In this document: positions 30,539 to 40,400 of the stretch, in pieces
How positions within the stretch are numbered: position 1 is the stretch's first letter
Layout: each line of letters starts with the position of its first letter
DNA from: Nitrosopumilus sp.
Lineage (GTDB): Archaea; Thermoproteota; Nitrososphaeria; Nitrososphaerales; Nitrosopumilaceae
DNA length: 64,000 nucleotides
Reading direction: 5' to 3'
Assembly: GCA_965197525.1 (NCBI GenBank)
Contig: OZ240211.1
Coordinates: 128,001-192,000, forward strand
The notes under the pieces: generated by a model
What the model saw: the letters and a program-made list of their open reading frames with translations, nothing else
What the model was told of the DNA's origin: nothing
The model's database searches: none
Made by a program: the position numbers and the translations under genes

Positions 30539-31446
30539 GTGTATTGAGTTTCGTTGATTTGTACATGAGTAACAATCCGCTAATTACTACATCAGGTAGT
30601 AACAATGATGATGGTGCCTCCCAATCATCATCATCACCTGCCGCTACAGTATTTGGTGTTCCTTTTGATTCCACCCATTCCTTTAGGCCTGGATGCAGAT
30701 TTGGACCTGACTCGATTCGTGAATCATTTAACAATATAGAGATCTTTCACCCTGATCTTCATGTGGATTTGGATGATGGCAATGTGTACATTGAAGATCT
30801 AGGAAATACTAGACATACTGTTGTTGCATCTGAGATGGTAAAGATGGTAAAGAACATAACAACAGAGCTTGTGGCAAAACAAAGGCAGTTGTTTATCTTA
30901 GGCGGCGAACACTCTATTACGTATCCTGCATATACCAGCTTTCCAAAAGAGACTGGATACATAGTCTTTGACGCACACTATGACCTAAGAGACGAGTTTG
31001 CAGACAGCAGGCTGAGTCATGCATCCTACTTGAGAAGAGTCATTGAAGAGCGAGGTTCTGATAATATTCTACATGTTGGCGCACGGGCGTTTGATAGTAG
31101 TGAATATCAGTTTCTTGCAGAGCATCATATCAAAACAATCACTGACAAGGAGATACGCGACGGCTTGGGACCGAATCTTTTGGAGGACTATGTGTCTGTT
31201 TTTGATAGTGTCTATTCAAGTTTTGATCTTGATGTTTTGGATCCTGCATATGCCCCAGGTGTTGGCAATCCAGAGGCAGTGGGCATAACCTCTAGAGAGT
31301 TATTTGATATGATATACTCATTCTCTGATACCAAGGTGATGGGTGTTGATGTTGTAGAGTTGAATCCATACTGCGATAACGGTTCTACTGCATCAATTGC
31401 TGCAAAAATCATCTCAACTTTGATTGCATTAAATCTCTCCAAGTAA
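30535..31446 (+). CDS. speB: Agmatinase (ureohydrolase family)
   Basis: GVPFDST, GGEHSIT, FDAHYDL, DLDVLDP and DVVELNP motifs. Confidence 0.92.
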   Translation: MSVLSFVDLYMSNNPLITTSGSNNDDGASQSSSSPAATVFGVPFDSTHSFRPGCRFGPDSIRESFNNIEIFHPDLHVDLDDGNVYIEDLGNTRHTVVASEMVKMVKNITTELVAKQRQLFILGGEHSITYPAYTSFPKETGYIVFDAHYDLRDEFADSRLSHASYLRRVIEERGSDNILHVGARAFDSSEYQFLAEHHIKTITDKEIRDGLGPNLLEDYVSVFDSVYSSFDLDVLDPAYAPGVGNPEAVGITSRELFDMIYSFSDTKVMGVDVVELNPYCDNGSTASIAAKIISTLIALNLSK

Positions 31447-31482
31447 CGTAGTTATTTATTCAGGTATATCTGCTAGTAGTTA

Positions 31483-31725
31483 ATGGGATTGTTATACACC
31501 AAATTTTATATTGATTTTGAGACCGATCAATGGAAACAGATATCTAATGATCCAATTGTCTTTGAGACTATCAAAGACGATGTAAATCTTGAGATAACTG
31601 ATACATCTCACAAGTCATATACGTTACACTTTAAGAAAGGTGGAAGACTTGGAATGTTCAGGGTCACAGGAAAGTTTCGTCTTACTTGGAACAATGATGA
31701 CATTTTATCTAATCGGTTAGGTTAA
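31483..31725 (+). CDS. Hypothetical protein
   Basis: 80-aa ATG ORF downstream of agmatinase. Confidence 0.6.
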   Translation: MGLLYTKFYIDFETDQWKQISNDPIVFETIKDDVNLEITDTSHKSYTLHFKKGGRLGMFRVTGKFRLTWNNDDILSNRLG

Positions 31726-32095
31726 ACCCAAAGCCAACTTTCCTCTACCACATCAAGCTACATTCTACCACATCAAGTCATTTCATTTTTTACCGTTTTT
31801 CCATTTTCTCATATTAGACCACCTCGCTTTCTTTAAAAAAATATTTTAAAATCAAACCTAATTTCATACTCACACGTCTCTATGCGGTTTTGACACGTAA
31901 TACACCATGTTATGCCCAGTAGCCATAAAATTCCGTCATACAAATGAAATCAAAAGCCATAAAATACGCGTAAAGGTATGTCAAACAGGCTTAGAAAATT
32001 AAGATTAGGACAACGCCACTGATTTGAATATACTTAAGTATGTAGCCCATGAACTGTTAATTGAAACTTTTATACATTAGAAATGCGTATGGTAT

Positions 32096-32175
32096 CTGTA
32101 GACAAGTAAGTCCCGACAAATACCGTGCCATCTGGCGTAGGATTTATCTGAAGGTTCTAAGGGGTTTGTCTACAG
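32096..32175 (-). ncRNA. Candidate structured RNA or long hairpin directly 3' of the DUF3800-like ORF
   Basis: 10-bp perfect closing stem CTGTAGACAA/TTGTCTACAG with nested GATAAAT/ATTTGTC and GCC-AGAT-GGC pairings. Could alternatively be a terminator or DNA hairpin. Confidence 0.4.
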
Positions 32176-32178
32176 TCA

Positions 32179-32616
32179 TCAAAACCATAATCTTCTTACG
32201 CCGTTTCCGATGAATTTAGGCTTTAGAATATCCACATAGGTACGATCATCATAAAGGTATGCGTGTCTGAATGATCCTGCAATAAAATCTGCCGCCCAAA
32301 TTCCAGAATCAGAGTATGAATCAATGTCTTGAAATCGATCTATTGTTCCCGAATATTTTTTTGATCCTGTAAACGCTCGATAAGATTCCGTGTCTGCCAT
32401 ATATTGGTTAAAATTTTGAGTTCTTTTTGAGTCAAGCCTGCCTTTGTCATAGATCACTGTGAGATTGTTAAAATCTTCGATGTTCGGCACAATGTTATCA
32501 TACAGTGATCTGTTGAATAGAAAATTTCCTATTTCCTCAGAACTCCACGTCTGTCTTTTTATTGTGCGTTTATCAAGAACGCCGGCAAAGACGCCATCGG
32601 CAGCACTTACTATCAA
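32179..32616 (-). pseudogene. DUF3800-like protein, apparently 5'-truncated
   Basis: VIYDK and IDSYSDSGIWAADFIAGS resemble the DUF3800 C-terminal DS...AD..AG motif. An in-frame stop lies shortly upstream and the N-terminal DES motif is not seen. Confidence 0.5.
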
Positions 32617-32832
32617 TGAATTGACCTGCTTGCGTATAAAGTCGAAATGAGGCTGATCTGTTTACATATCTGTACAGATCTCCTTCGAAGATCCTAACGA
32701 ACTTTATCTCGTAGCTATAGCATTGCATAGTATTCTATACATAATTTTTCTATTATTATGAATATAATACCTAAAATAACGTAAACGGTTACAAATTGTA
32801 TACAGTCAAAAGTGGGATCAAGGAATACTAAA

Positions 32833-33279
32833 TTAACCAGTACTTTCTATTTTTTCAATATTGGTTATTGCTTGGAGAGTTAGACTGTATGCAGGTTCTC
32901 CATAATTATTGTATTTGTTATACTTGAACATTTTTGTGACAATGGGTTTTACAGTAATCTTAAATCCATCAGGAGTCATGTATTCTTGAATTTCAATTTT
33001 CTGTTCTTCAAACTTTATTTCTTCGCCCTTATCTTTTTGCGGATTCATTTGTTCTTTTGAAGGTTTACGTTTTAGAGAAAGAGGCACTATGGCAGATATG
33101 GCATTTAATGTGTCTACAGCTATTCCTGCAGGATATCCTTCAGGGGTCTTTTGAGGATTGAAGAAAATTTTCTTGACTACAATTTTTGCTTTGATACAGG
33201 TTCCATCATGTACTAAAAACCTACTATAATCTTCTTTTAAAACTACAAAATCAACTTCTTTTGAATCTATAACTGACAT
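32833..33279 (-). CDS. Hypothetical protein with an internal domain duplication, third gene of the hicBA operon
   Basis: EVDFVVLKEDYSRFLVHDGTCIKAKIVVKKI is echoed by EIKFEEQKIEIQEYMTPDGFKITVKPIVTKM. Confidence 0.65.
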   Translation of the reverse strand: MSVIDSKEVDFVVLKEDYSRFLVHDGTCIKAKIVVKKIFFNPQKTPEGYPAGIAVDTLNAISAIVPLSLKRKPSKEQMNPQKDKGEEIKFEEQKIEIQEYMTPDGFKITVKPIVTKMFKYNKYNNYGEPAYSLTLQAITNIEKIESTG

Positions 33280-33292
33280 GTTACTTTATGTC

Positions 33293-33505
33293 TCATATCT
33301 GTTCTATAAAGTGTTCTAATTCGTTTACCTGAATTAATATACCTCTCAAAGTACCGCGATCTAACTCATTGTGAAGCGGAACACTTGTTATTCTTTTGTC
33401 TAAATGTTTTAAAATTACATGACTTCCCTTTCGGCGTTTAATTACAAATCCTTGCTTAACAAGGAATCGTACTAGTTTACCACCAAAAGTTACAGGAAGA
33501 GACAC
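33293..33505 (-). CDS. hicA: HicA-family toxin (type II TA)
   Basis: FLVKQGFVIKRRKGSHVILKH..ITSVPLHNELDRGTLRGIL. Confidence 0.9.
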   Translation of the reverse strand: MSLPVTFGGKLVRFLVKQGFVIKRRKGSHVILKHLDKRITSVPLHNELDRGTLRGILIQVNELEHFIEQI

Positions 33506-33786
33506 TAAAGGATTCTTCTTAATGAGATGCTAAATTCTTTGTCTTTTCCTAACTCTTCTCTCATGAGACTAACTGCTTCTACAACATTTTTTTCTGTATC
33601 ATCCATGGACTTGCCTTGTGTGATAACATTAATTTCTGCACATTTTGCAATAATCATTCCATCCTCACCCTCTTCCAAGGTAACTATATGATGATCTCTA
33701 AGATTATGTTTCTCTTCAGTGCTTCTCTGAGACTTAAAAATATTTTCCAAGGAACGATGATCTAGATAATCTAATTGAGTTTTCAT
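33505..33786 (-). CDS. hicB: HicB-family antitoxin
   Basis: IVTLEEGEDGMIIAKCAEINVITQGKSMDDTEKNVVEAV. Its stop overlaps the hicA GTG; start adjusted to MKTQL. Confidence 0.85.
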   Translation of the reverse strand: MKTQLDYLDHRSLENIFKSQRSTEEKHNLRDHHIVTLEEGEDGMIIAKCAEINVITQGKSMDDTEKNVVEAVSLMREELGKDKEFSISLRRIL

Positions 33787-34016
33787 GTTAGTTTTACTAC
33801 TCGATATTATTATAACTTTTCGAGTTTTAACGTTGAATGCGTGTAAAAACATCCTCGTCGTAGTTCAGATGATGGATCGACCCCTACGCAAATCTGTGCT
33901 TAGCACACTTTATCCTGAATGGATCAACCCGATCTACTGTGTTCTCGTGCCGCTCATACTGAAAGACAATTACATCTTACGATTCGTCAAAAGCAATTAG
34001 CAGAGGTAGTAAAAGG

Positions 34017-34181
34017 ATGAGAGATATTGGAATAGACATCAGCAGGAAGAAGTGTACAGTATGCGTAATGGACAACGTGATGCCACAGAACAAATTCCAT
34101 GATTTGATACGTTCTTTCCTGTCTACTGATAGACCGCACTATAAAATTAACTGTTGCTTAACAGCGTGGAACGTTTTATGA
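34017..34181 (+). pseudogene. IS110-family recombinase N-terminal remnant
   Basis: MRDIGIDISRKKCTVCVMD resembles the first DEDD strand (GID.SK....C..D); the frame degenerates afterwards. Confidence 0.4.
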
Positions 34182-34466
34182 GACGGTTTGCCAGACACCT
34201 GCTATCCTAGAAAGGATTGAAGCTGACTTGCGCAGCAATACACAACCTCATTTTTTATTTCTATAATAATGAAATTTGTAAAAAATAACAAGCCGTTTTA
34301 TGCGCCAAAATCTACGCAAGAGTAATAAGGTGTATGATTTTACATACATCCAGTATGAAACCCAGTCCAGAATTTCCCCTTAAACTAATAAAACAGCATG
34401 AAAAAGTAGTGTTAAATCATTTTATGACTCAATCAAATAATAATGGCTATCTTTTTGAATAATTGT

Positions 34467-34706
34467 ATGACTCTACTAAAAGTACGAATTCAAGGCATTT
34501 TAGACGATTTTGAACATGCATCAGTTGATGAGGTTGTTGGTGTTTTGAATCAGATAAAACCTCACTTTAAAAATACGTCAATCTCTGAATATCTTCAAGG
34601 AAAGATTCAAAAAATTAGTGACGTGACTGACGCCCAAGAAAAAAGAACCCAATGTAAGGTATTGATGCCTTATCTGGATTGGTATCTGCAGGGTCTTGAT
34701 GACTAG
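34467..34706 (+). CDS. Hypothetical protein
   Basis: 79-aa ORF from MTLLK ending YLDWYLQG. Confidence 0.55.
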   Translation: MTLLKVRIQGILDDFEHASVDEVVGVLNQIKPHFKNTSISEYLQGKIQKISDVTDAQEKRTQCKVLMPYLDWYLQGLDD

Positions 34707-34713
34707 ATAATAA

Positions 34714-35136
34714 CTAACAGTACTGGTTTATCTTCTCTAATGCCGTCTTTATCTCTTCTAGATCTTCTCTTGCCTGTATTCCGTCCCCGACTAGTTCTAC
34801 AAAATACTCATGTCCCGTATCTTCAGCTTTGTGAATGTCTGACTGATAACACATGAGGGCTTTTTCCAAAAATTGTATATCTTCTTGAGTTTTGTTCATT
34901 GATTTGGTATCTGCTAGGTTATCTTGGATCTTTTTAATCATTACATCAATCTGAGGGACAACCTTTCTTGCCTGTTGATTTAGCACAGACGCAAACATTG
35001 CAGCAGAATCTTCAAGCTCCGGACTTTTATGAAGTTTTTTTAATCTGTCTTTATAGTGGTTCAATGATTTTAGAACTATCTTGTATCCTCCTTCATCCTT
35101 TAGATAGATTCCACCTAACCAAATTTTATCAGTCAT
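34714..35136 (-). CDS. Hypothetical protein
   Basis: 140-aa helical ORF; no recognised motif. Confidence 0.65.
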   Translation of the reverse strand: MTDKIWLGGIYLKDEGGYKIVLKSLNHYKDRLKKLHKSPELEDSAAMFASVLNQQARKVVPQIDVMIKKIQDNLADTKSMNKTQEDIQFLEKALMCYQSDIHKAEDTGHEYFVELVGDGIQAREDLEEIKTALEKINQYC

Positions 35137-35189
35137 ATTTTATGTGGTTTGCATGTGTCATTATAATTTGTATGGATTAAAAACCGTTC

Positions 35190-36004
35190 CATCAAAATCC
35201 TGCCTGTACCACGTAGTCACCGTAATCGCAGATTTGGGTGACTGCACAAAATAATGGAATGGCAGACAGGATCCCACGCGCGCGGTTCCCTCCTGGGCGA
35301 CTCCACAGGGGTTGCCATAAACCAATACGCGGACTGGGAAGACACCAAGAGAGAGAGAGGGGACTTGTCTCCAGGTGCGAATTCGTCAAATTACACGTGA
35401 TCGTCGATGCCAAGGGAAGAAAGATCGTCTTCTGTGCAGTCATCAAAGGATGCGCGCACGACTCTCCAATATTCCGGGAAATGTTCGAGAATGTTCCAGA
35501 CGGCCTTGGGTGCGTGATGCTTGATGCCGGGTATGACGCAGTCAAGAACTACAAGATGATCCAAGACTCGGGCAGAAGACCTGTCATCTGCACCCTCAAG
35601 AACCACGTCGTAAGGGGATTTGGTCCGGAGGCGAGATGATCAGATGGTGGGAGAAGAACCCCAAAGAGTTTGAAGAGACGTACCATCCATGCAGCATAGT
35701 AGAGTCCGTGTTCTCGTAGTTCAAGTGTAGGTTCACTGCCGTGGTTCGCGCAAATACACTGCCGGCCCAAAGGTTGCAGCTGCTACTCAGGTGCATCTGC
35801 TACAACATGCTGTCGTGATGGAATGATGCAAAAATGCATGCCATGCACCTAGTATGTGTTGTGCGTCTTTGCGCGATTCTGGTACATGATGCATGATCTC
35901 ATGCTCCGATCACAGGAAATTCAGTCAGATGGATGGAATCAAAACCAATAAAACGCGTGTAAAAGAACATCATAGGTCTGTAGAACCAAGATTTGGACAA
36001 CGCC
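35190..36004 (+). pseudogene. IS5-family transposase remnant with right-end inverted repeat
   Basis: FVKLHVIVDAKGRKI, HDSPIF and MLDAGYDA motifs, then frameshifts and stops. End AAGATTTGGACAACGCC at 35988-36004; homologous to 6574-7240. Confidence 0.72.
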
Positions 36005-36080
36005 CTCGTTGTGTAATACATGATCCGTAATTTCTCAATTCTATCCATTTCAAGTTACAAATTTAAACAATATTCCGACA

Positions 36081-37368
36081 GGTTCTGTGAAGTTATCGGG
36101 GGTTATCTGTTAATCCCTAAATTGTATAAACCTCTAAACCGTAAGATATTCGTTGAAAGCGATAAAGTCAATATCACAGAAATATACGCCGAACTCTGAT
36201 CTAATGGATATGATGGCTATATTCACAAAGATGGTCAATCATTGCATCAAGACAGGATTGAAAGAAGACACTCACAATATGAAGAGGTTGTCCATGTTAT
36301 GTTATCATGAATTACGTAATTATGACATCCTGTCTTCATACAAACTAAATGCAATATCACGAGCTGCAGGCATGTTATCAAACAGAAAACAATCAATCAA
36401 ACGAGGTGTCAGAATAAGAGACCCAATAGTCAAAAATCCCTTTATGACAAACTGTTACGGTATACAACACAACGGTGCACTATTAACAATCCCATACAAG
36501 AAACATAACCCAATCAACATTTTACTCAACGATCACACCCAAAAAATCCTATCTGATCCCGCCTTGACGATGCGTTCGTTTTCATTGACTGCTCTGAACA
36601 TCAGTCTTTGTGTTTCAAAAACAGTACAAGAGATAGAGTGCACCAATCAAGTGGGAATAGACAGAAACCTAAGAAATGTGACGTGTGGGAACGAGAAAGA
36701 GGTGACAGTCTACAAGACAAACAAACTGTTATCCATAAAGGAGAACACAATACACGCTAGGGCAGGATTCCACAGAAATGATCGCAGAAAGAAAGGTCAA
36801 TTCTGGAAACAAAGACAGAGACGAATGAGCAATAGAACAAAGCAGTACATCCACAGAATCTCAAAGGATATAGTAGACAACGCAGTCAAAAACAAGACTG
36901 CAATCGTCATGGAAAACCTGAAAGGAATAAGAAAATTGTACCGAAAAGGAAACAGTCAAGGTAACAAGTACAGGCGTAGATTGAACGGGTGGCAATTCTA
37001 CGAGTTACAACGCCAAATAGAATACAAAGCCCAATGGGTCGGGTTGCCTCCAGTCGAGACAGTAGACCCAAGAAACACGAGCACGCAGTGTCCGAAATGC
37101 GGAAAGAGACTCCAAGAGGACATGCAACAACATCGTAAAATGTCGTGTAATAATTGCGGTTTGTTTATGGACAGGGATATTATCGCTGCCATGAACATAT
37201 CACGCAAGCTGCCCCCTAGGTTTAGGGGTAGTAGAGATGACATAGATGAAGCGCAGTCCGGCACTTTTGAGCAGGCGATGACGGAACCCGGCACACCATT
37301 GGTAATCCGAATAGTCGATATGTCAAAGTCAAGTTATAGGGGTTAACCCTCGATAACTTCACAGAACC
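36081..37368 (+). mobile_element. TnpB element B with TIRs and 8-bp TSD
   Basis: 25-bp TIR with 1 mismatch (36081-36105 / 37344-37368). TSD TTCCGACA at 36073-36080 and 37369-37376. Confidence 0.92.
36153..37346 (+). CDS. tnpB: TnpB RNA-guided endonuclease family protein
   Basis: RuvC-I GIDRN, RuvC-II VMENLKGIR, WQFYELQRQIEYKA, CPKC/CNNC zinc finger and RuvC-III DRDIIAAMNI. Confidence 0.92.
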   Translation: MKAIKSISQKYTPNSDLMDMMAIFTKMVNHCIKTGLKEDTHNMKRLSMLCYHELRNYDILSSYKLNAISRAAGMLSNRKQSIKRGVRIRDPIVKNPFMTNCYGIQHNGALLTIPYKKHNPINILLNDHTQKILSDPALTMRSFSLTALNISLCVSKTVQEIECTNQVGIDRNLRNVTCGNEKEVTVYKTNKLLSIKENTIHARAGFHRNDRRKKGQFWKQRQRRMSNRTKQYIHRISKDIVDNAVKNKTAIVMENLKGIRKLYRKGNSQGNKYRRRLNGWQFYELQRQIEYKAQWVGLPPVETVDPRNTSTQCPKCGKRLQEDMQQHRKMSCNNCGLFMDRDIIAAMNISRKLPPRFRGSRDDIDEAQSGTFEQAMTEPGTPLVIRIVDMSKSSYRG

Positions 37369-37415
37369 TTCCGACACGATTATATTCATATGGGTAGTCA
37401 GTTATTCCGACCCCT

Positions 37416-40400
37416 ATGACGATCCCGGCGAAAAACACTCTTTTCATATCCGCCCTAGTTATAGCATTGCCCATTCTCATAGTGGCGTGCACTGCACCGC
37501 ATGCCTACGGGCAGGCAGACGAGCGACCTTTTGTTATGACATGGGCCGTGAGGCAGGGGGGGTTAGTTACGATTCCCGTCGACGATGAGAACGGCACCTA
37601 CGGGGCGACCGGAGAATACACTGTAGACTGGGGGGATGGGACTGTGGAGACCATCAGCGGAACCGCGGAGCACAGATACGCCCATGCAGGCAACTACGCC
37701 ATAAGCATAACAGGGAACTATGCGAAGATCTATCTTTACGGTAGCATACCCAACGGATCCATGTCGGTAGAAGAATATATGGGGTCTACCAGCACGGCCA
37801 TTGCAAGAGTCGGGAGCTCACCCAACGGACTCCTGTCGATAGATCAATGGGGCGACGTCAAATGGACCTCTATGGCGTACGCATTCTCGGGCGCAAGGAA
37901 TCTGGTGTACAATGCAACCGACGTTCCGGATCTTTCCTTGGTGACTGACATGAACCACATGTTCTATTTTGCCAAAAAGTTTAACGGCAATCTCTCCGCG
38001 TGGGACGTCTCGGGTGTGACTGATATGAGCTACATGTTCTATGAAGCCACGGCGTTTAACGGCGACGTCTCAGAGTGGGACGTCTCTGGCGTGACTGACA
38101 TGAGTCGCATGTTTTACGAGTCTGACACCTTTAATCAGGACGTCTCAGAGTGGGACGTCTCTGGCGTGACTGACATAAGCTGGATGTTCAGCAGGGCATT
38201 TAATTTCAATCAAGACATATCATCATGGAATGTGTCGGGCGTGACTGACATGAGACGCATGTTTGCCAACGCCATATCTTTCAATCAGGACATCTCCTCG
38301 TGGGACGTCTCGAACGTAACTGACATGAGCTACATGTTCTACGGTTCTTACTCCTTTAACCACGACATCTCCTCGTGGGATGTCTCAAACGTGACTGACA
38401 TGAGCCACATGTTCCAGTTTGCCTACAAGTTTAACCGTGACATCCACGAGTGGAACGTCTCAAACGTGACTGACATGAACCACATGTTCAAGTATGCCGA
38501 GACGTTTAACGGTAACATCTCCTCGTGGAACGTCTCAAACGTGACTGACATGAACCACATGTTCGAATTTGCCTATGAGTTTAACGGTAACATCTCCGGA
38601 TGGGATGTCTCGGGCGTGGCAGACATGCGCGATATGTTCGATTCTGCCACCTCTTTCAACCAAAACCTTGGAAGATGGTACGTCGTGCCGGAAGATACGT
38701 CTATCGTTGACGGCGACTCTTCCCTTGTAGTTACTACCATATCGGCACAGAACGCCCACTTGGACAAACAGAATCCAACGTACGCCATCATTGTGGGGCA
38801 TGACTCTTCTGCCTTTGAAATGGATCACAACGTGCTCAAACTCAAAGCCACACCTGTACAATCTGTCAAATCCACATACATGGTAGGTGTGACTGCCACA
38901 GGTACGTTCGGTTCAAATAATCAACGACTCGTTAACATTACGGTGGTAGAATATGTGCCTGACACCACCCCTCCCAGTGTCAGTACGATCTGGAGGGACA
39001 GTCCAAGCAATGCGATTACCCATGACACCACCCTGCAATTTGGCATCATGTTCAGTGAGGACGTGCAAAACGTGAACGCTACGGACTTTGTGCTAACAGG
39101 TACCGGCAATGCCTCCGTAACCCACGTGTCAGGCTCCAGCGACGAGTACGGCGTTACAGTCTCGGTCACCGCTGATGGTACTGTGACGTTGGGATTGGCC
39201 GCGGATAACGACATCAAAGATGTGAGCGACAACGAACTGACTGACACCGTTCTCACAGCCGGAACCGACCGCACCTACACTGTTGACACGACTGCCCCCA
39301 CAGTCACGTCAATCGAAAGATACAGTCCCACAGACCAGAACACGGACAACCAGACGCTGGTGTACCAGGTGACGTTCAGCGAGAACGTCACCGGTGTGGA
39401 TACAGGCGACTTTGCCCTCTCGCAAGACAGCACCGGGGCAGGCAGCATAACCGGTCTGACAGGCTCCGGCTACATATACAACATGACAGTCTCTGCTGTA
39501 CAGGACGGCACGTACAACCTTGATCTGGCGTCATCAGGGCACGGTATAACAGATGAGGCAAGCAATCCCCTTACTAACATTGCACCTACAGGAGTGGATC
39601 ACACCTACACAGTCAGTACTGTACCTGCTGACACCACTGCACCAACACTATCATCAATTGAGCGGTACAGTCCCGTTACAGAAAGCACCGACAGCCAGAC
39701 GCTAATCTACGAGGTAACCTTCAGTGAGGATGTGACAGGGGTGGATGCGGCAGACTTTGTTATCTCTCAGGACAGCACTGGGACAGGCAGTACAACCTTG
39801 ACTGGTTCTGATAGCGTGTATTACGTAACAGTTTCTGCAACTCAGGACGGCACATACAACCTTGATCTTGTACAAAACCACGGCATTGAGGATTCGGCAG
39901 ATAATCCTTTAACTGATACTGCCACCACCGGAGTAGACCAGACATATACTGTCAACACCGTACCTGCTGATACCACGGCACCGACACTCACATCAATTGA
40001 GAGATACAATCCTGCTGCCGCAACTACTGACACCCAGACGCTAATCTACGAGGTAACCTTTAGCGAGGATGTAACCGGTGTGACACAGTCTGACTTTGTT
40101 CTGTCTTCTGATAGCACGGGTACTGCTGCTAATGCTGTAACCTCCATATCCGGTTCTGGCAGCCAGTACTTTGTAACGGTCTCTGCATCAAGTGACGGGA
40201 CATACAACCTTGATCTTGTACAAAACCACGGCATCGAGGATTCGGCAGATAACCCTCTAACTGATACTGTCACCACCGGAGTAGACCAGACATATACTGT
40301 CAACACCGTACCTGCTGATACCACGGCACCGACACTCACATCAATTAAGAGATACAATCCTGCTGCCGCAACTACTGACACCCAGACACTAGTCTACGAG

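Noticed and set aside
31744-31777. Direct repeat TCTACCACATCAAG x2 (20-bp period)
   Set aside because: Only two copies with no associated gene or structure; consistent with a local slippage duplication.
33785-34000. 71-aa plus-strand ORF upstream of the IS110 remnant
   Set aside because: It has no motif and overlaps the hicB upstream region; more likely non-coding element end.
28541-35964. Recurring GCGTGTAAAA in intergenic DNA (28544, 33839, 35955) as a regulatory motif
   Set aside because: The 10-13 bp matches are AT-tailed, non-palindromic and at inconsistent positions relative to genes. Matches of this length are expected by chance in 64 kb.
37920-38680. Regular ~60-bp repeats with variable segments, as a possible CRISPR array or DGR target
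   Set aside because: The repeats are in-frame coding DUF285 units with degenerate codons. No cas or reverse transcriptase gene and no template repeat occur in the window.
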